Shown here piece by piece: positions 29,411 through 38,403 of a stretch of 64,000 nt of DNA; positions within the stretch are counted from its first letter, which is position 1; every line of letters starts with the position of its first letter. Origin of the DNA: Candidatus Limnocylindria bacterium (GTDB lineage Bacteria > Chloroflexota > Limnocylindria > QHBO01); contig DATBIY010000047.1 in assembly GCA_036556695.1 (NCBI GenBank), forward strand, positions 12,809 to 76,808, read 5' to 3'. The position numbers and the translations under genes were made by a program. The notes under the pieces were generated by a model. That model saw only the letters and a program-made list of their open reading frames with translations, made no database searches and was not told the DNA's origin.

Positions 29411-31089
29411 CCGGCGTCCTCGGCCATCGGCACCCGCACGCCACGCTCGCGCGCGACCTCCAGCGCACGCGCGTACCCCGCGTCGGCATGGCGGATGACG
29501 CCCATCCCCGGGTCGGTGGTCAGCACCCGCTCCAGGCGAGCGGCGGCTTCCGGCGTGCCGTCGGCCACGACCACCATCCCGGCATGCAGCGAGTAGCCAA
29601 TCCCCACGCCGCCGCCGTGGTGGAAGCTGACCCAGGTGGCGCCGGCGGCCGTGTTCAGCAGCGCGTTGAGGATCGGCCAGTCGGCGATGGCGTCCGAGCC
29701 GTCGCGCATGCCCTCCGTCTCGCGGAAGGGGCTGGCGACAGAGCCGGCATCCAGGTGGTCGCGGCCGATGACGATCGGTGCGGCCAGCTCTCCGGACGCC
29801 ACCATCTCGTTGATGCGCAGCCCGGCCCGCGCCCGCTCCCCGTAGCCCAGCCAGCAGATTCGGGCCGGCAGGCCCTGGAACGGCACTTTCTGCTCGGCCA
29901 GGCGCAGCCATCGGTGCAGGCTGGCATCCTCGGGGAAGAGCTCCATGAGGGCCGCATCGGTCTTCAGGATGTCATCGGCCTCGCCGGACAGGGCGGCCCA
30001 GCGGAAGGGGCCCTTGCCCTCGCAGAACAGCGGCCGGATGAAGGCCGGCACGAATCCCGGGAAGTCAAAGGCGTTGTCGACGCCGGCTTCCTTCGCGAAG
30101 CTGCGGATGTTGTTGCCGTAGTCGAAGACCACGGAGCCCGACGCCTGGAAGGCCAGCATCGCCCGCACGTGCTTCGCCATGGAGTCGAGTGAGCGCCGGG
30201 TGTACTCCGCGGGGTCGCGCTCGCGCAGCTCGCGCGCTTCCTCCAGGCCGATACCTCCCGGCACATAGCCGTGCAGCGGGTCATGTGCGGAGGTCTGGTC
30301 CGTGACGAGGTCGGGATGCCAGCCGCGCTCGACGAGCTGCGGCTCGATGTCTGCCGCATTCGCAATGAGCGCGATGGAGCGCGCCTCGCCGTCGGCCCGC
30401 CAGGCGTCAACCCGGCGGACCGCCTCGTCCAGGTCGTCCGTCATCTCGTCGACGTAGCCGGCCGCATGCCGCCGCTCTGCACGGGCAAAATCCACCTCGA
30501 TGGCCAGGCAGGCGCCCTCGTTCATCGTCACGGCCAGCGGCTGCGCACCGCCCATGCCGCCCAGGCCCGCGGTGAGCGTGACCGTGCCCCTGAGGCTGCC
30601 ATTGAAATGCTGGCGCGCGGCCTCGGCGAAGGTCTCGTAGGTGCCCTGGATGATGCCCTGGGTGGCGATGTAGATCCAGCTTCCCGCCGTCATTTGGCCG
30701 TACATCGTCAACCCGGCGCGCTCCAGCTCGCGGAACTGCTCCCAGGTGCCCCAGTGCGGGACGAGGTTGGCGTTGGCGATGAGCACCCGCGGCGCGTCTT
30801 TCGTGGTTTTGAACACACCTACGGGCTTGCCGCTCTGGACCAGCAGCGTCTCGTCAGCTTCGAGCCGCTGGAGCTCCGTGACGATGGCGTCGAAGGCCGC
30901 CCAGCTGCGTGCCGCCCGGCCGGTGCCGCCGTAGACGATGAGGTGCTCCGGGTCCTCGGCCACCTCCGGGTCGAGGTTGTTCATCAGCATCCGCAGGGCG
31001 GCTTCCTGCTGCCAGCCCTTGGTGGACAGCTGCGTTCCACGCGGCGCACGCACGGTCCGCGGTCCGGATTCGGGAGCGGTGGCGGTCAC
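29407..31089 (-). CDS. hutU: Urocanate hydratase
   Basis: 560 aa with the [13 protein letters not shown] and [12 protein letters not shown] (NAD-binding) motifs. Its stop overlaps the convergent oxidase stop (cTAG). Confidence 0.95.
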   Translation of the reverse strand: MTATAPESGPRTVRAPRGTQLSTKGWQQEAALRMLMNNLDPEVAEDPEHLIVYGGTGRAARSWAAFDAIVTELQRLEADETLLVQSGKPVGVFKTTKDAPRVLIANANLVPHWGTWEQFRELERAGLTMYGQMTAGSWIYIATQGIIQGTYETFAEAARQHFNGSLRGTVTLTAGLGGMGGAQPLAVTMNEGACLAIEVDFARAERRHAAGYVDEMTDDLDEAVRRVDAWRADGEARSIALIANAADIEPQLVERGWHPDLVTDQTSAHDPLHGYVPGGIGLEEARELRERDPAEYTRRSLDSMAKHVRAMLAFQASGSVVFDYGNNIRSFAKEAGVDNAFDFPGFVPAFIRPLFCEGKGPFRWAALSGEADDILKTDAALMELFPEDASLHRWLRLAEQKVPFQGLPARICWLGYGERARAGLRINEMVASGELAAPIVIGRDHLDAGSVASPFRETEGMRDGSDAIADWPILNALLNTAAGATWVSFHHGGGVGIGYSLHAGMVVVADGTPEAAARLERVLTTDPGMGVIRHADAGYARALEVARERGVRVPMAEDAG

Positions 31090-31116
31090 CCGCCGATCAT
31101 ACGACCGCTGGGGAGG

Positions 31117-31764
31117 CTAGCTGTCCACCCGAATCGGGACCGCGAGGAATCGGGCTCCGTCGGCCTCGGCGATCTCCTGAACCTGAACCTCGCTCAGATC
31201 TACCGCGAAGCGCTTCTGGAGCGGTGCTGTGGCGACCTCACGGTCGGCCACCAGCTCGATCTGATAGGTGCCTGCCTGCAGCAGCCAGCCAGGTGGGCCT
31301 TGGAACAATGCCAGCGGATTCTGCGCCTGGTCGGGGGCCACCAGCATCGGAGCCGCGTCGCCAACGTACTCGTATGACAGGGCCTGGTCGACGGAGCTGA
31401 ACGAGAACTCACCCACCTCGTCCCATGCCAGCTCGGCGGTCGCACCGGACGGATCCGAGACCAGGAGGCGCATGCCACGGATGACCTCGACACGATCATT
31501 GTTGCCGGTGCTCACGAACGTGGGCTGAAGGTAGACGTACGCGTAGCCGTCGCTCGTCGCCTGTGCAAAGCGGACCTGGTCGGGAAGGATCAAGAGCACC
31601 GTGGGGTCGCGCGTGGCAATCACGATCGAGCCAATCGACAGGATCAGCGACAGAAGCGAGGCTGCCAGGGGGACCCAGCCCAGGGAGACAGCGCGCCGAA
31701 CTCGTGCCCGCACGGCGCCGTCGGATCGAGAAGCGTCGCGTGTCGGCAGATCCGTGCTGCTCAC
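31117..31764 (-). CDS. Membrane-anchored hypothetical protein inside the hut operon
   Basis: Single N-terminal TM helix (WVPLAASLLSLILSIGSIVIA) and a beta-rich ectodomain. Only 27 nt upstream of hutU. Confidence 0.55.
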   Translation of the reverse strand: MSSTDLPTRDASRSDGAVRARVRRAVSLGWVPLAASLLSLILSIGSIVIATRDPTVLLILPDQVRFAQATSDGYAYVYLQPTFVSTGNNDRVEVIRGMRLLVSDPSGATAELAWDEVGEFSFSSVDQALSYEYVGDAAPMLVAPDQAQNPLALFQGPPGWLLQAGTYQIELVADREVATAPLQKRFAVDLSEVQVQEIAEADGARFLAVPIRVDS

Positions 31765-31825
31765 GGCGGGGATGATACGGAGGACGGACCAGCGACCGAT
31801 CCACTCACCGCTCAGAGGGGAGCTG

Positions 31826-32554
31826 TCAGCTCACCCGAGTCAGGAAGAACGCCGTCGCGAAGCCAAGGACGGTGGCCAGGCCGACCAGCTCGCCGCCCTC
31901 GCCGAAGGCCTCCGGGATCATGGTGTCGACCAGCATGGTCAGAATCGCGCCCGCGGCGAAGGCCTGGATCAGCGGCACCCACACGGACGAGCCCATCTCG
32001 CCCAGCGCGCCGAAGCCGATGGCGGCGGCGGCAGCCGAGACGAGCCCCACCACCGCCCACAAACCGATGATCCAGCCGGGCCGGTGCCCCTCCCGTCGCA
32101 GGTCGACGGCCGCGGTCAGCCCCTCCGGCACGTTTGAGACCGCCACCGCGAAGAGGAACGGCAGGCTGACCGCGGCGCCCCCGAGCAGGGTCGAGCCGAG
32201 CACGATCGACTCGGGGATGCCGTCCAGCAGCGCACCGAGCACAATGGCCAGGCCGCTGTTCTCGACCTGCTTCATGCGCCCGCCGCGCCGCGCTCCGCCG
32301 GCCCGGGCCAGCCAGCGATCTCCGGCGTAGTAGGTCAGCGCACCGGCTCCCAGGCCGACAGCCACCGACAGCGTGCCGCCCACGCGGAACGCCTCCTCGG
32401 TGAGGTCGAAGGCCACGGCGCTGATCAGTGCCCCGACGCCAAAGGCCAGCACCAGTGCGACCACGCGCCGTGGGATGCGGAGCCACAGGCCGATGAGCGC
32501 GCCGGCCACCAGGGTCGAGGCGGCGGCCAGCCCCCACAGACCGGCCTCGAGCAT
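31826..32554 (-). CDS. ZIP-family divalent metal transporter (ZupT-like)
   Basis: GLAIVLGALLDGIPESIVLG and HNVPEG-like (SNVPEGL) signatures; 8 predicted TM helices. Confidence 0.85.
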   Translation of the reverse strand: MLEAGLWGLAAASTLVAGALIGLWLRIPRRVVALVLAFGVGALISAVAFDLTEEAFRVGGTLSVAVGLGAGALTYYAGDRWLARAGGARRGGRMKQVENSGLAIVLGALLDGIPESIVLGSTLLGGAAVSLPFLFAVAVSNVPEGLTAAVDLRREGHRPGWIIGLWAVVGLVSAAAAAIGFGALGEMGSSVWVPLIQAFAAGAILTMLVDTMIPEAFGEGGELVGLATVLGFATAFFLTRVS

Positions 32555-32561
32555 GGGAGCC

Positions 32562-33302
32562 TCAGTCCTCGCCGAACGGGTTGGGGCGCTTCGGCTTCTC
32601 GGGAAGCCGGAAGACGTCCTCCTCGGACGGCCCCTTGGGCAGCGGCAGGGGCCACTCGTCGCCCTCGTCGGGTCGCGCTGAGCGCGCCAGCAGGTCGCCC
32701 CAGCCCACCTCGCCGCCCTCGCCGCTCAGCTCTCGACGGTAGACCGGGTAGCGATCGTCGCCGGCGACGCGCGCGAAGCCGGCGGACTCGTACGTGGCGG
32801 CCGGACCGGGCGAGGGCAGCCAGGGATCGGCCACGCCCTCAAGATACGCCTCGACGGCGATGATTCCGCGGCGGTCCAGCTCGTCGCAGGCCGCGGCCAG
32901 CAGCTGGCGCGCGGCGCCGTCCCGGTCCGGGTGCGACTCCACGACCTGCAGGCAGGTGATGACCCATGGGGCGGGGGAGTCGGGCAGCTCCGGGTAGCGG
33001 TCGCGGATGACCTGCGCCCGGGGGTACGCGGAGATCGGCCCGAACTGGCACCAGCCCACCGCCAGGCGGTCGCCGTCGTCGCCGGTCTGCCAGGCCAGCA
33101 TCCCGTAGGCGCCGGCCGTGCGCTCGCCGGCCATCAGCCGCGAGAGCTTCAGCGAACGGGCCGCTTCCCCGTCCTCGGCCGAGCGGTGGCCGTCCAGCCG
33201 CTCCCAGTAGTCGCAGGTCTGGCAGCGCGCGCCGGGCTGGGCCGGCGCGGGGATATCGGCGAAGGAGTCCGGATCCAGGACGGTGAACAGCAGCTCGCTC
33301 AT
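32562..33302 (-). CDS. GNAT-like hypothetical protein with an acidic Pro-rich C-terminal tail, translationally coupled to hutH
   Basis: The ATG is 1 nt after the hutH stop (TGAaATG). A weak GNAT motif-A-like stretch reads HPDRDGAARQLL. Confidence 0.5.
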   Translation of the reverse strand: MSELLFTVLDPDSFADIPAPAQPGARCQTCDYWERLDGHRSAEDGEAARSLKLSRLMAGERTAGAYGMLAWQTGDDGDRLAVGWCQFGPISAYPRAQVIRDRYPELPDSPAPWVITCLQVVESHPDRDGAARQLLAAACDELDRRGIIAVEAYLEGVADPWLPSPGPAATYESAGFARVAGDDRYPVYRRELSGEGGEVGWGDLLARSARPDEGDEWPLPLPKGPSEEDVFRLPEKPKRPNPFGED

Positions 33303-33303
33303 T

Positions 33304-34821
33304 TCAGAAGGCCAGGCGTCCAGCCTGGAGCAGCTCGCGCGCCGCGGCGATGTCCGGTGCGGGTGGGCGGTCCTCGGCCAGGTGAGGCACCACCTCCCGG
33401 ATGGCGGCGTGGGCGCGGGCCACACCGTCGCCGGGGCGCATCGGCTCACGGAAATCCAGTCCCTGGGCGGCGCACAGCGCCTCGATGGCCAGCACCGCTT
33501 CCGCGCGGTCGACCACCTCGCGCAGGTGCAGTGCGCCGGTGGCGCCCATCGAGACGTGGTCCTCCTGGTTGGCGCTGGTCGGGATGGTGTCGACGCTGGC
33601 GGGATGGGCGAGCGTCTGCAGCTCGTTAACCAGGGCCGCGGCAGTGTACTGGGCGATCATCAGCCCGGACCGCAGCCCGGGCGCATCGGACAGGAAGGCC
33701 GGCAGGCCGGAGAGGTGCGCGTCCACCAGTCGCGCCGTGCGACGCTCGGAAATTGAGGCCAGCTCCGTGATCGCCGCCTTGGCGTAGTCGATGGCCAGGG
33801 CCAGCGGCTCGCCGTGGAAGTTGCCGCCGGAGATGACCTCGCCGGACGGGAAGACAAGCGGGTTGTCGGTGGCGGCGTTCATCTCGACGGCCAGCACGCG
33901 CTCCAGCTGGTCGAGCGCATCGCGCACCGCGCCGTGGACCTGTGGCATGCAGCGCAGCGAGTAGGCGTCCTGCACCTTGTGGCCGCTCGATGCATGCGAG
34001 GCGCCGATCTGCGAGCCGGCCAGCAGCTCGCGAAGGTGGGCCGCGACGGCCACCTGGCCGGGGTGCGGGCGGGCGGCCACCAGCTCTTCGGCGAAGGCGG
34101 CTGCGGTGCCTTCCATGGCCTCCACGCTCATCGCGCCGATGGCGTCGGCGCTGACTGCCAGCTGCCGCGCGTCGTGCAGCGCCAGCGCCGCCAGTGCGGC
34201 CATCAGCTGCGTCCCGTTCAACAGCGCCAGGCCCTCCTTGGCCTCCAGCTGCAGCGGCTCCAGCCTCGCGCGCTCGAGGGCCTGCGCCGATGGGCCCGGA
34301 CCGGCGTCGTCCAGGCGGGCCTCCCCTTCACCGATGACTGCCAGCGCCAGGTGGGCCAGCGGCGCCAGGTCTCCCGATGCGCCAACACTGCCGCGTGACG
34401 GGACCACCGGATGGACCTCGCCGTTCAGCATGCCGATCAGCAGCTCCACCACCTGCGGGCGAACGCCGGACAGGCCGATGGCCAGGGCGTTGGCCCGCAG
34501 CAGCAGCATGGCGCGCACCACCTCCACGGGAAGCGGCTCGCCGACGCCCGCCGCGTGCGAGCGCACCAGGTTGCGCTGCAGCTCGGCGGTCTGCTCCGGC
34601 TCGATGCGCACGGTGGACAGGTCGCCGAAGCCGGTGGTCACGCCGTACACCGTGCGCCCCTCGGCGACCAGCTGCTCGACCACGGCTCGGCTGGCGCGCA
34701 TGCGATCGATTGCATCCGGCTCGAGCGTCACCTGGCGGCGACGGCGGGCAACGGCGACGACGTCGTCAACCGTCAGGCCGGACCCGGTGAGCGGCAGCGG
34801 GGCGGTGCTGCTGTCCTGCGT
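33304..34821 (-). CDS. hutH: Histidine ammonia-lyase. The N-terminal ~30 conserved residues lie upstream of the first canonical start (GTG at 34731). The probable start is ACG at 34821, after a GGAAGGAGG sequence.
   Basis: MIO-forming GASGDLAP motif. The conserved N-terminus LTGSGLTVDDVVAVARR is encoded in frame upstream of the 34731 GTG, with no ATG, GTG or TTG available. Confidence 0.85.
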   Translation of the reverse strand, partial: TQDSSTAPLPLTGSGLTVDDVVAVARRRRQVTLEPDAIDRMRASRAVVEQLVAEGRTVYGVTTGFGDLSTVRIEPEQTAELQRNLVRSHAAGVGEPLPVEVVRAMLLLRANALAIGLSGVRPQVVELLIGMLNGEVHPVVPSRGSVGASGDLAPLAHLALAVIGEGEARLDDAGPGPSAQALERARLEPLQLEAKEGLALLNGTQLMAALAALALHDARQLAVSADAIGAMSVEAMEGTAAAFAEELVAARPHPGQVAVAAHLRELLAGSQIGASHASSGHKVQDAYSLRCMPQVHGAVRDALDQLERVLAVEMNAATDNPLVFPSGEVISGGNFHGEPLALAIDYAKAAITELASISERRTARLVDAHLSGLPAFLSDAPGLRSGLMIAQYTAAALVNELQTLAHPASVDTIPTSANQEDHVSMGATGALHLREVVDRAEAVLAIEALCAAQGLDFREPMRPGDGVARAHAAIREVVPHLAEDRPPAPDIAAARELLQAGRLAF

Positions 34822-34905
34822 CGCCGGCCTCCTTCCGGGTGATGCGCGCTGCGGATGCTCGCAGCGCGACCCGGATGAGCCGCCGGGCGAACCTATACTA
34901 CGAAC

Positions 34906-35796
34906 GTGCGACGCCTGCCGGACCCGACGAGCCGCCTGCTCGTCGCCGCTGACGGCAAGGATCGGCTGGGTGGGGCGGTTCCCAGCCCGGCAGCCGCCTT
35001 CCTGCTGACCCTCATCACCCTGCCGACCCTATTCTGGCTGGTGACCCTGAAGCGCACCACGCTGTTCACCCTCCCCGAGCAGTGGCTGATGGATAACCTG
35101 GTGCCGGCGGTGCGCAACTGGATGCAGGAGATGCTGCCGCCGGTGCACGGTTTGCTCCTGGCGCTCAGCGCGCTGGGCTCCGGCTGGTTCGTGACCGCCG
35201 GCTTCGCCCTGCTGGGGCTGCTGGCGCTGGCAAAGGGCCGCCGTGACCTGGCCCTGCTGCTGGCGGCGGGGACGCTGGCGTTCCCGATCGAGTGGGCGCT
35301 GAAATACTTCACTGCCATCCCGGCCGTCAGCCCGACCGAGCTGTTCACCGCCATCTTCAACGTCGGCGGCACCGGGCTGGACGACCTGGCCGACTTCCCG
35401 GCCGGCCACGCCCTGCGGGCGACCGTCTTCTACGGCCTGGTGGCCTTCTGCGTGGCCCGCCTGGCGCCGGACCGCCGGCAGGGGATCACCGCCTACCTGG
35501 TGGCGCTCATCCTGATCGGCGCCATCAGCCTGACCCGCATCTACCTTGGCGCCCATTTCCCGATCGACGTGCTGGGCGGCTGGATCGCCGGCGCGGCGCT
35601 GCTATCGGTGATCGTCTCAGTGCACGTGCTGGGCGTCGACGAGCGGCTGCGCGCCGCCGGCCACATCACCGCGCCGCCCGGCCAGCTGCAGCCGCATCGC
35701 GTGGCGGTGCCGCTGCACCACGCCTCCGAGACGGAAGCTCCGCCGCGCGACCGAAAGCTGGGGGATGCCGACGCCGCTGAGCCGACGCCGGGCTAG
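34906..35796 (+). CDS. PAP2-family phosphatase (BcrC/PgpB-like)
   Basis: PAP2 motifs FPAGHA (PSGH) and SLTRIYLGAHFPIDVLGG (SRX5HX3D). Multiple TM helices. Confidence 0.8.
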   Translation: MRRLPDPTSRLLVAADGKDRLGGAVPSPAAAFLLTLITLPTLFWLVTLKRTTLFTLPEQWLMDNLVPAVRNWMQEMLPPVHGLLLALSALGSGWFVTAGFALLGLLALAKGRRDLALLLAAGTLAFPIEWALKYFTAIPAVSPTELFTAIFNVGGTGLDDLADFPAGHALRATVFYGLVAFCVARLAPDRRQGITAYLVALILIGAISLTRIYLGAHFPIDVLGGWIAGAALLSVIVSVHVLGVDERLRAAGHITAPPGQLQPHRVAVPLHHASETEAPPRDRKLGDADAAEPTPG

Positions 35797-36464
35797 TGCT
35801 GGAGTTCATCGACCGGGTCATCATCCCGTTCTTCCTGAGCCTGTACGACGCGGTGGGCTACGTGGGCGTGGCCATCGCCATCGGCCTGGAGACCTTCATT
35901 CCCATCATTCCGTCGGAAGTCATCGTGCCGATGGCCGGCTGGAAGGTCAGCCAGTCAGCCGCGGACCCGAGCATCGTCGAGCCGCTGACCGGCGCCCCGT
36001 GGAGCTGGCTGGCGGTGCTGGTGGTGGCCACCGTCGGGGCGGTCGCCGGTTCGCTGGCCGGCTACCTGATCGGCGCATGGGGCGGCCGCCCGCTGCTCGA
36101 CCGCTGGGGTCGCTACGTGCACATCTACCCGGACGACCTGGACCGCGCCGACGCCTGGTTCGCCAAGTACGGCGACTGGGCGGTGTTCTTCGCACGGCTG
36201 GTGCCGCTGCTTCGGGCGCTGATCAACTATCCGGCCGGCGTGGCGCGCATGCCGCTTGGCCGCTTCCTGCTGTTCAGCACGCTGGGGTCGCTGCCCTGGA
36301 ACGCGGCGCTGCTGCTCGCCGGCTTCCTGCTGGGCGAGAACTACGAGCAGCTGTACGCGGCGGTGCGCCCGTTCGAGTACGTGATCTACGCCATCGTGAT
36401 CATCGGCGGCGCCTACGTGATCTACCGCTGGATACGGGGACGGGGCCGGCCGGCCGCCGCCTGA
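35796..36464 (+). CDS. DedA/TVP38-family membrane protein
   Basis: DedA signature VPLLRALINYPAGVARMPLGRFLLFSTLGSLPWN. The GTG start overlaps the PAP2 stop (TAGTG). Confidence 0.85.
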   Translation: MLEFIDRVIIPFFLSLYDAVGYVGVAIAIGLETFIPIIPSEVIVPMAGWKVSQSAADPSIVEPLTGAPWSWLAVLVVATVGAVAGSLAGYLIGAWGGRPLLDRWGRYVHIYPDDLDRADAWFAKYGDWAVFFARLVPLLRALINYPAGVARMPLGRFLLFSTLGSLPWNAALLLAGFLLGENYEQLYAAVRPFEYVIYAIVIIGGAYVIYRWIRGRGRPAAA

Positions 36465-36509
36465 GCAGGCGCTGTTTGACCCGCCTGTGTTGCGGTGGCA
36501 CGCTAGCCG

Positions 36510-36720
36510 AGTAACCGAACACATCCATCGTCTTCGGGGCGGGGTGAAAGTCCCCACCGGCGGTCGGCTCGGCAGCGAGCCAGCCCGCGAACCTCGACAG
36601 GCCCGGCGCCACGGAGCGCGGCACCGGGAGCACCTGGTGAGGCCGACCTGACCCGGCGAGCGCGAGGCTCGACGGCAGACAGGGCCGACGGTCACAGTCC
36701 GGAAGGGAGAAGGCGAGCGC
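36510..36720 (+). ncRNA. Candidate riboswitch/structured leader (cobalamin-like) upstream of the NitT/TauT ABC operon
   Basis: A 395-nt non-coding gap containing GGTGAAAGTCC (matching the cobalamin GGUGnAAnUCC element), CCCGC, and a B12-box-like AGTCCGGAAGG. It is G+C-rich with many inverted repeats. A TPP riboswitch is not excluded. Confidence 0.35.
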
Positions 36721-36859
36721 GAGGCGTTGTCCGACGCATCGGCCATGGCTTCGGCCTGCACGTTCGTGCTGGCCGACTTTCCCTGAACCGATGTCGCGGT
36801 GAGCGTCAACCGCCTGGCACGCCCCCTTGACGCTGGCCAGCAGTCATTCGAAGGAGCGC

Positions 36860-37654
36860 ATGCCACTCTCGGTCCGCATCCACGACCTGGAGGTCAGCTT
36901 TCCGGCTCCGGAAGGCCGGCTGACCGCCTTGCGCCTCTTCTCCCTGGACGTGCCGGCCGGTAGCTTCACGGTGATCATCGGGCCCAATGGATGCGGCAAA
37001 TCCACGCTGCTGCGGGCCCTCGCCGGGCTGCTGACCCCCGACTCCGGGCGCGTGGAGCTGCTGGACGGGGGAACGCGCCGGCAGCCGCGAGCCGGCGACC
37101 CGGACATCGGCATCGCCTTCCAGCAACCGCGCCTGCTGCCGTGGCTCAGCACGATCGACAACGTGGAGCTGCCGCTGGCGCTGGCTGGCGTGGCGCGCGA
37201 CGAGCGGCGTGACCGCGCGCTGGCTGGGCTGCGCCGGGTGGGCATTGCCGATGCCGCCCGCCTGCGCCCGGCCGAGCTGTCCGGCGGCATGGCCCAGCGC
37301 GCCGCGCTGGCGCGGGCGCTGGTCACCGACCCGCAGCTGCTCCTGTTGGACGAGCCCTTCAGCGCGCTCGATGCGCTGACGCGCGAGGCGTTCGACAGCG
37401 AGCTGCAGCGCCTGTGGCTGGAGCAGCGCCGCACCGTGCTGCTGGTCACCCACGCGGTGAGCGAGGCGGTGCGCCTGGCCGACCGGGTGGTGGTCATGAC
37501 CGCCCGTCCCGGTGCGGTGAGCCGCGTGGTGGAGGTCGACCTGTCGCGCCCTCGCGGCGTGGACGTGGACGCTGCGCAGCAGGAGGCCGACGTGCGGACG
37601 GCGCTGGCATCGGTCCATCCGCCTGAGCTGGCGCCCTGGAGCGCACAACCGTGA
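36860..37654 (+). CDS. ABC transporter ATP-binding protein (NitT/TauT family)
   Basis: Walker A GPNGCGKST, signature LSGGMAQR and Walker B LLLLDEPFSALD. AAGGAG ribosome-binding site 4 nt upstream of the ATG. Confidence 0.9.
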   Translation: MPLSVRIHDLEVSFPAPEGRLTALRLFSLDVPAGSFTVIIGPNGCGKSTLLRALAGLLTPDSGRVELLDGGTRRQPRAGDPDIGIAFQQPRLLPWLSTIDNVELPLALAGVARDERRDRALAGLRRVGIADAARLRPAELSGGMAQRAALARALVTDPQLLLLDEPFSALDALTREAFDSELQRLWLEQRRTVLLVTHAVSEAVRLADRVVVMTARPGAVSRVVEVDLSRPRGVDVDAAQQEADVRTALASVHPPELAPWSAQP

Positions 37655-38394
37655 GGCGGCTGGTGACGGCGGTCATCTCGCTGGCCGTGTTCCTGGCTGC
37701 CTGGAAGCTGCTGACCGGGCTGACCGGCACGCCTGACTACATCCTGCCGGCGCCCGAGGCCGTGGGTGAGCGCGCGGTGCGCGCCATCGGCTCCGGGATC
37801 CTGTGGGAGCACCTGTGGGCCACGCTGTCGGAGGTGGTGCTCGGCTTCGCGCTGGGTGCCGTGGCGGCGGGGGCTATTGGCGTGGCGCTCGGCAAGAGCG
37901 TGGTCATCGAGCGGGTGCTGTCTCCGTACATCGTCGCCGCCCAGGCGGTCCCGGTGCTGGCGCTGGCGCCGCTGCTGGACATCTGGTTCGGCGGCGGGCT
38001 GTTCGCCCGGGTGCTGGTGGTCGCGCTGATCGTCTTCTTCCCGATCGCCATCGCCACCATGGTCGGCATCCGTTCGGCCGACCCGGCGCTGCGCGAGATG
38101 CTGCGCAGCCTGGGCGCCACATCGGGCCAGCTAACCCTGCGGCTGGAGATTCCCTCGGCCCTGCCCGTCATCTTCGGCGGTCTGCGGGTCGGGGTGACGC
38201 TGGCCGTCATCGGCGCCGTGGTGTCCGAGTGGGTGAGCGCCGGCGTCGGGCTGGGGGTGCTGATCAACATCGCCGACCAGGGGCTGTTCGACACGCCCCT
38301 CATGTTTGTAGCCCTCGCCGCGCTGGCGATCATCGGCCTTGCCTTCTACAGCCTGGTCGTGCTCGTCGAGCGGCGGCTCATCCGTCCTGCTTGA
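37651..38394 (+). CDS. ABC transporter permease (SsuC/TauC-like)
   Basis: Six TM helices with an EAA-like loop (ATMVGIRSADPALREMLRSLGA). The GTG start overlaps the ATPase stop. Confidence 0.9.
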   Translation: MRRLVTAVISLAVFLAAWKLLTGLTGTPDYILPAPEAVGERAVRAIGSGILWEHLWATLSEVVLGFALGAVAAGAIGVALGKSVVIERVLSPYIVAAQAVPVLALAPLLDIWFGGGLFARVLVVALIVFFPIAIATMVGIRSADPALREMLRSLGATSGQLTLRLEIPSALPVIFGGLRVGVTLAVIGAVVSEWVSAGVGLGVLINIADQGLFDTPLMFVALAALAIIGLAFYSLVVLVERRLIRPA

Positions 38395-38403
38395 GGTAGA
38401 CCG

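Noticed and set aside
10064-30192. Other very long ORFs antisense to confidently assigned genes (10064-11314 +, 13022-14668 +, 14601-16298 +, 16479-18650 +, 19862-22081 +, 27718-30192 +, 43566-44462 +)
   Set aside because: Each overlaps a well-supported gene on the other strand and translates to Arg/Ala/Gly-rich low-complexity sequence. They are not real genes.
36510-36720. TPP (THI-box) riboswitch interpretation of the ABC-operon leader
   Set aside because: An NMT1/THI5-type binding protein would fit TPP control. However, the diagnostic CUGAGA and GGGGUGCC elements are absent, whereas the cobalamin GGUGnAAnUCC element is present. TPP is kept only as an alternative.
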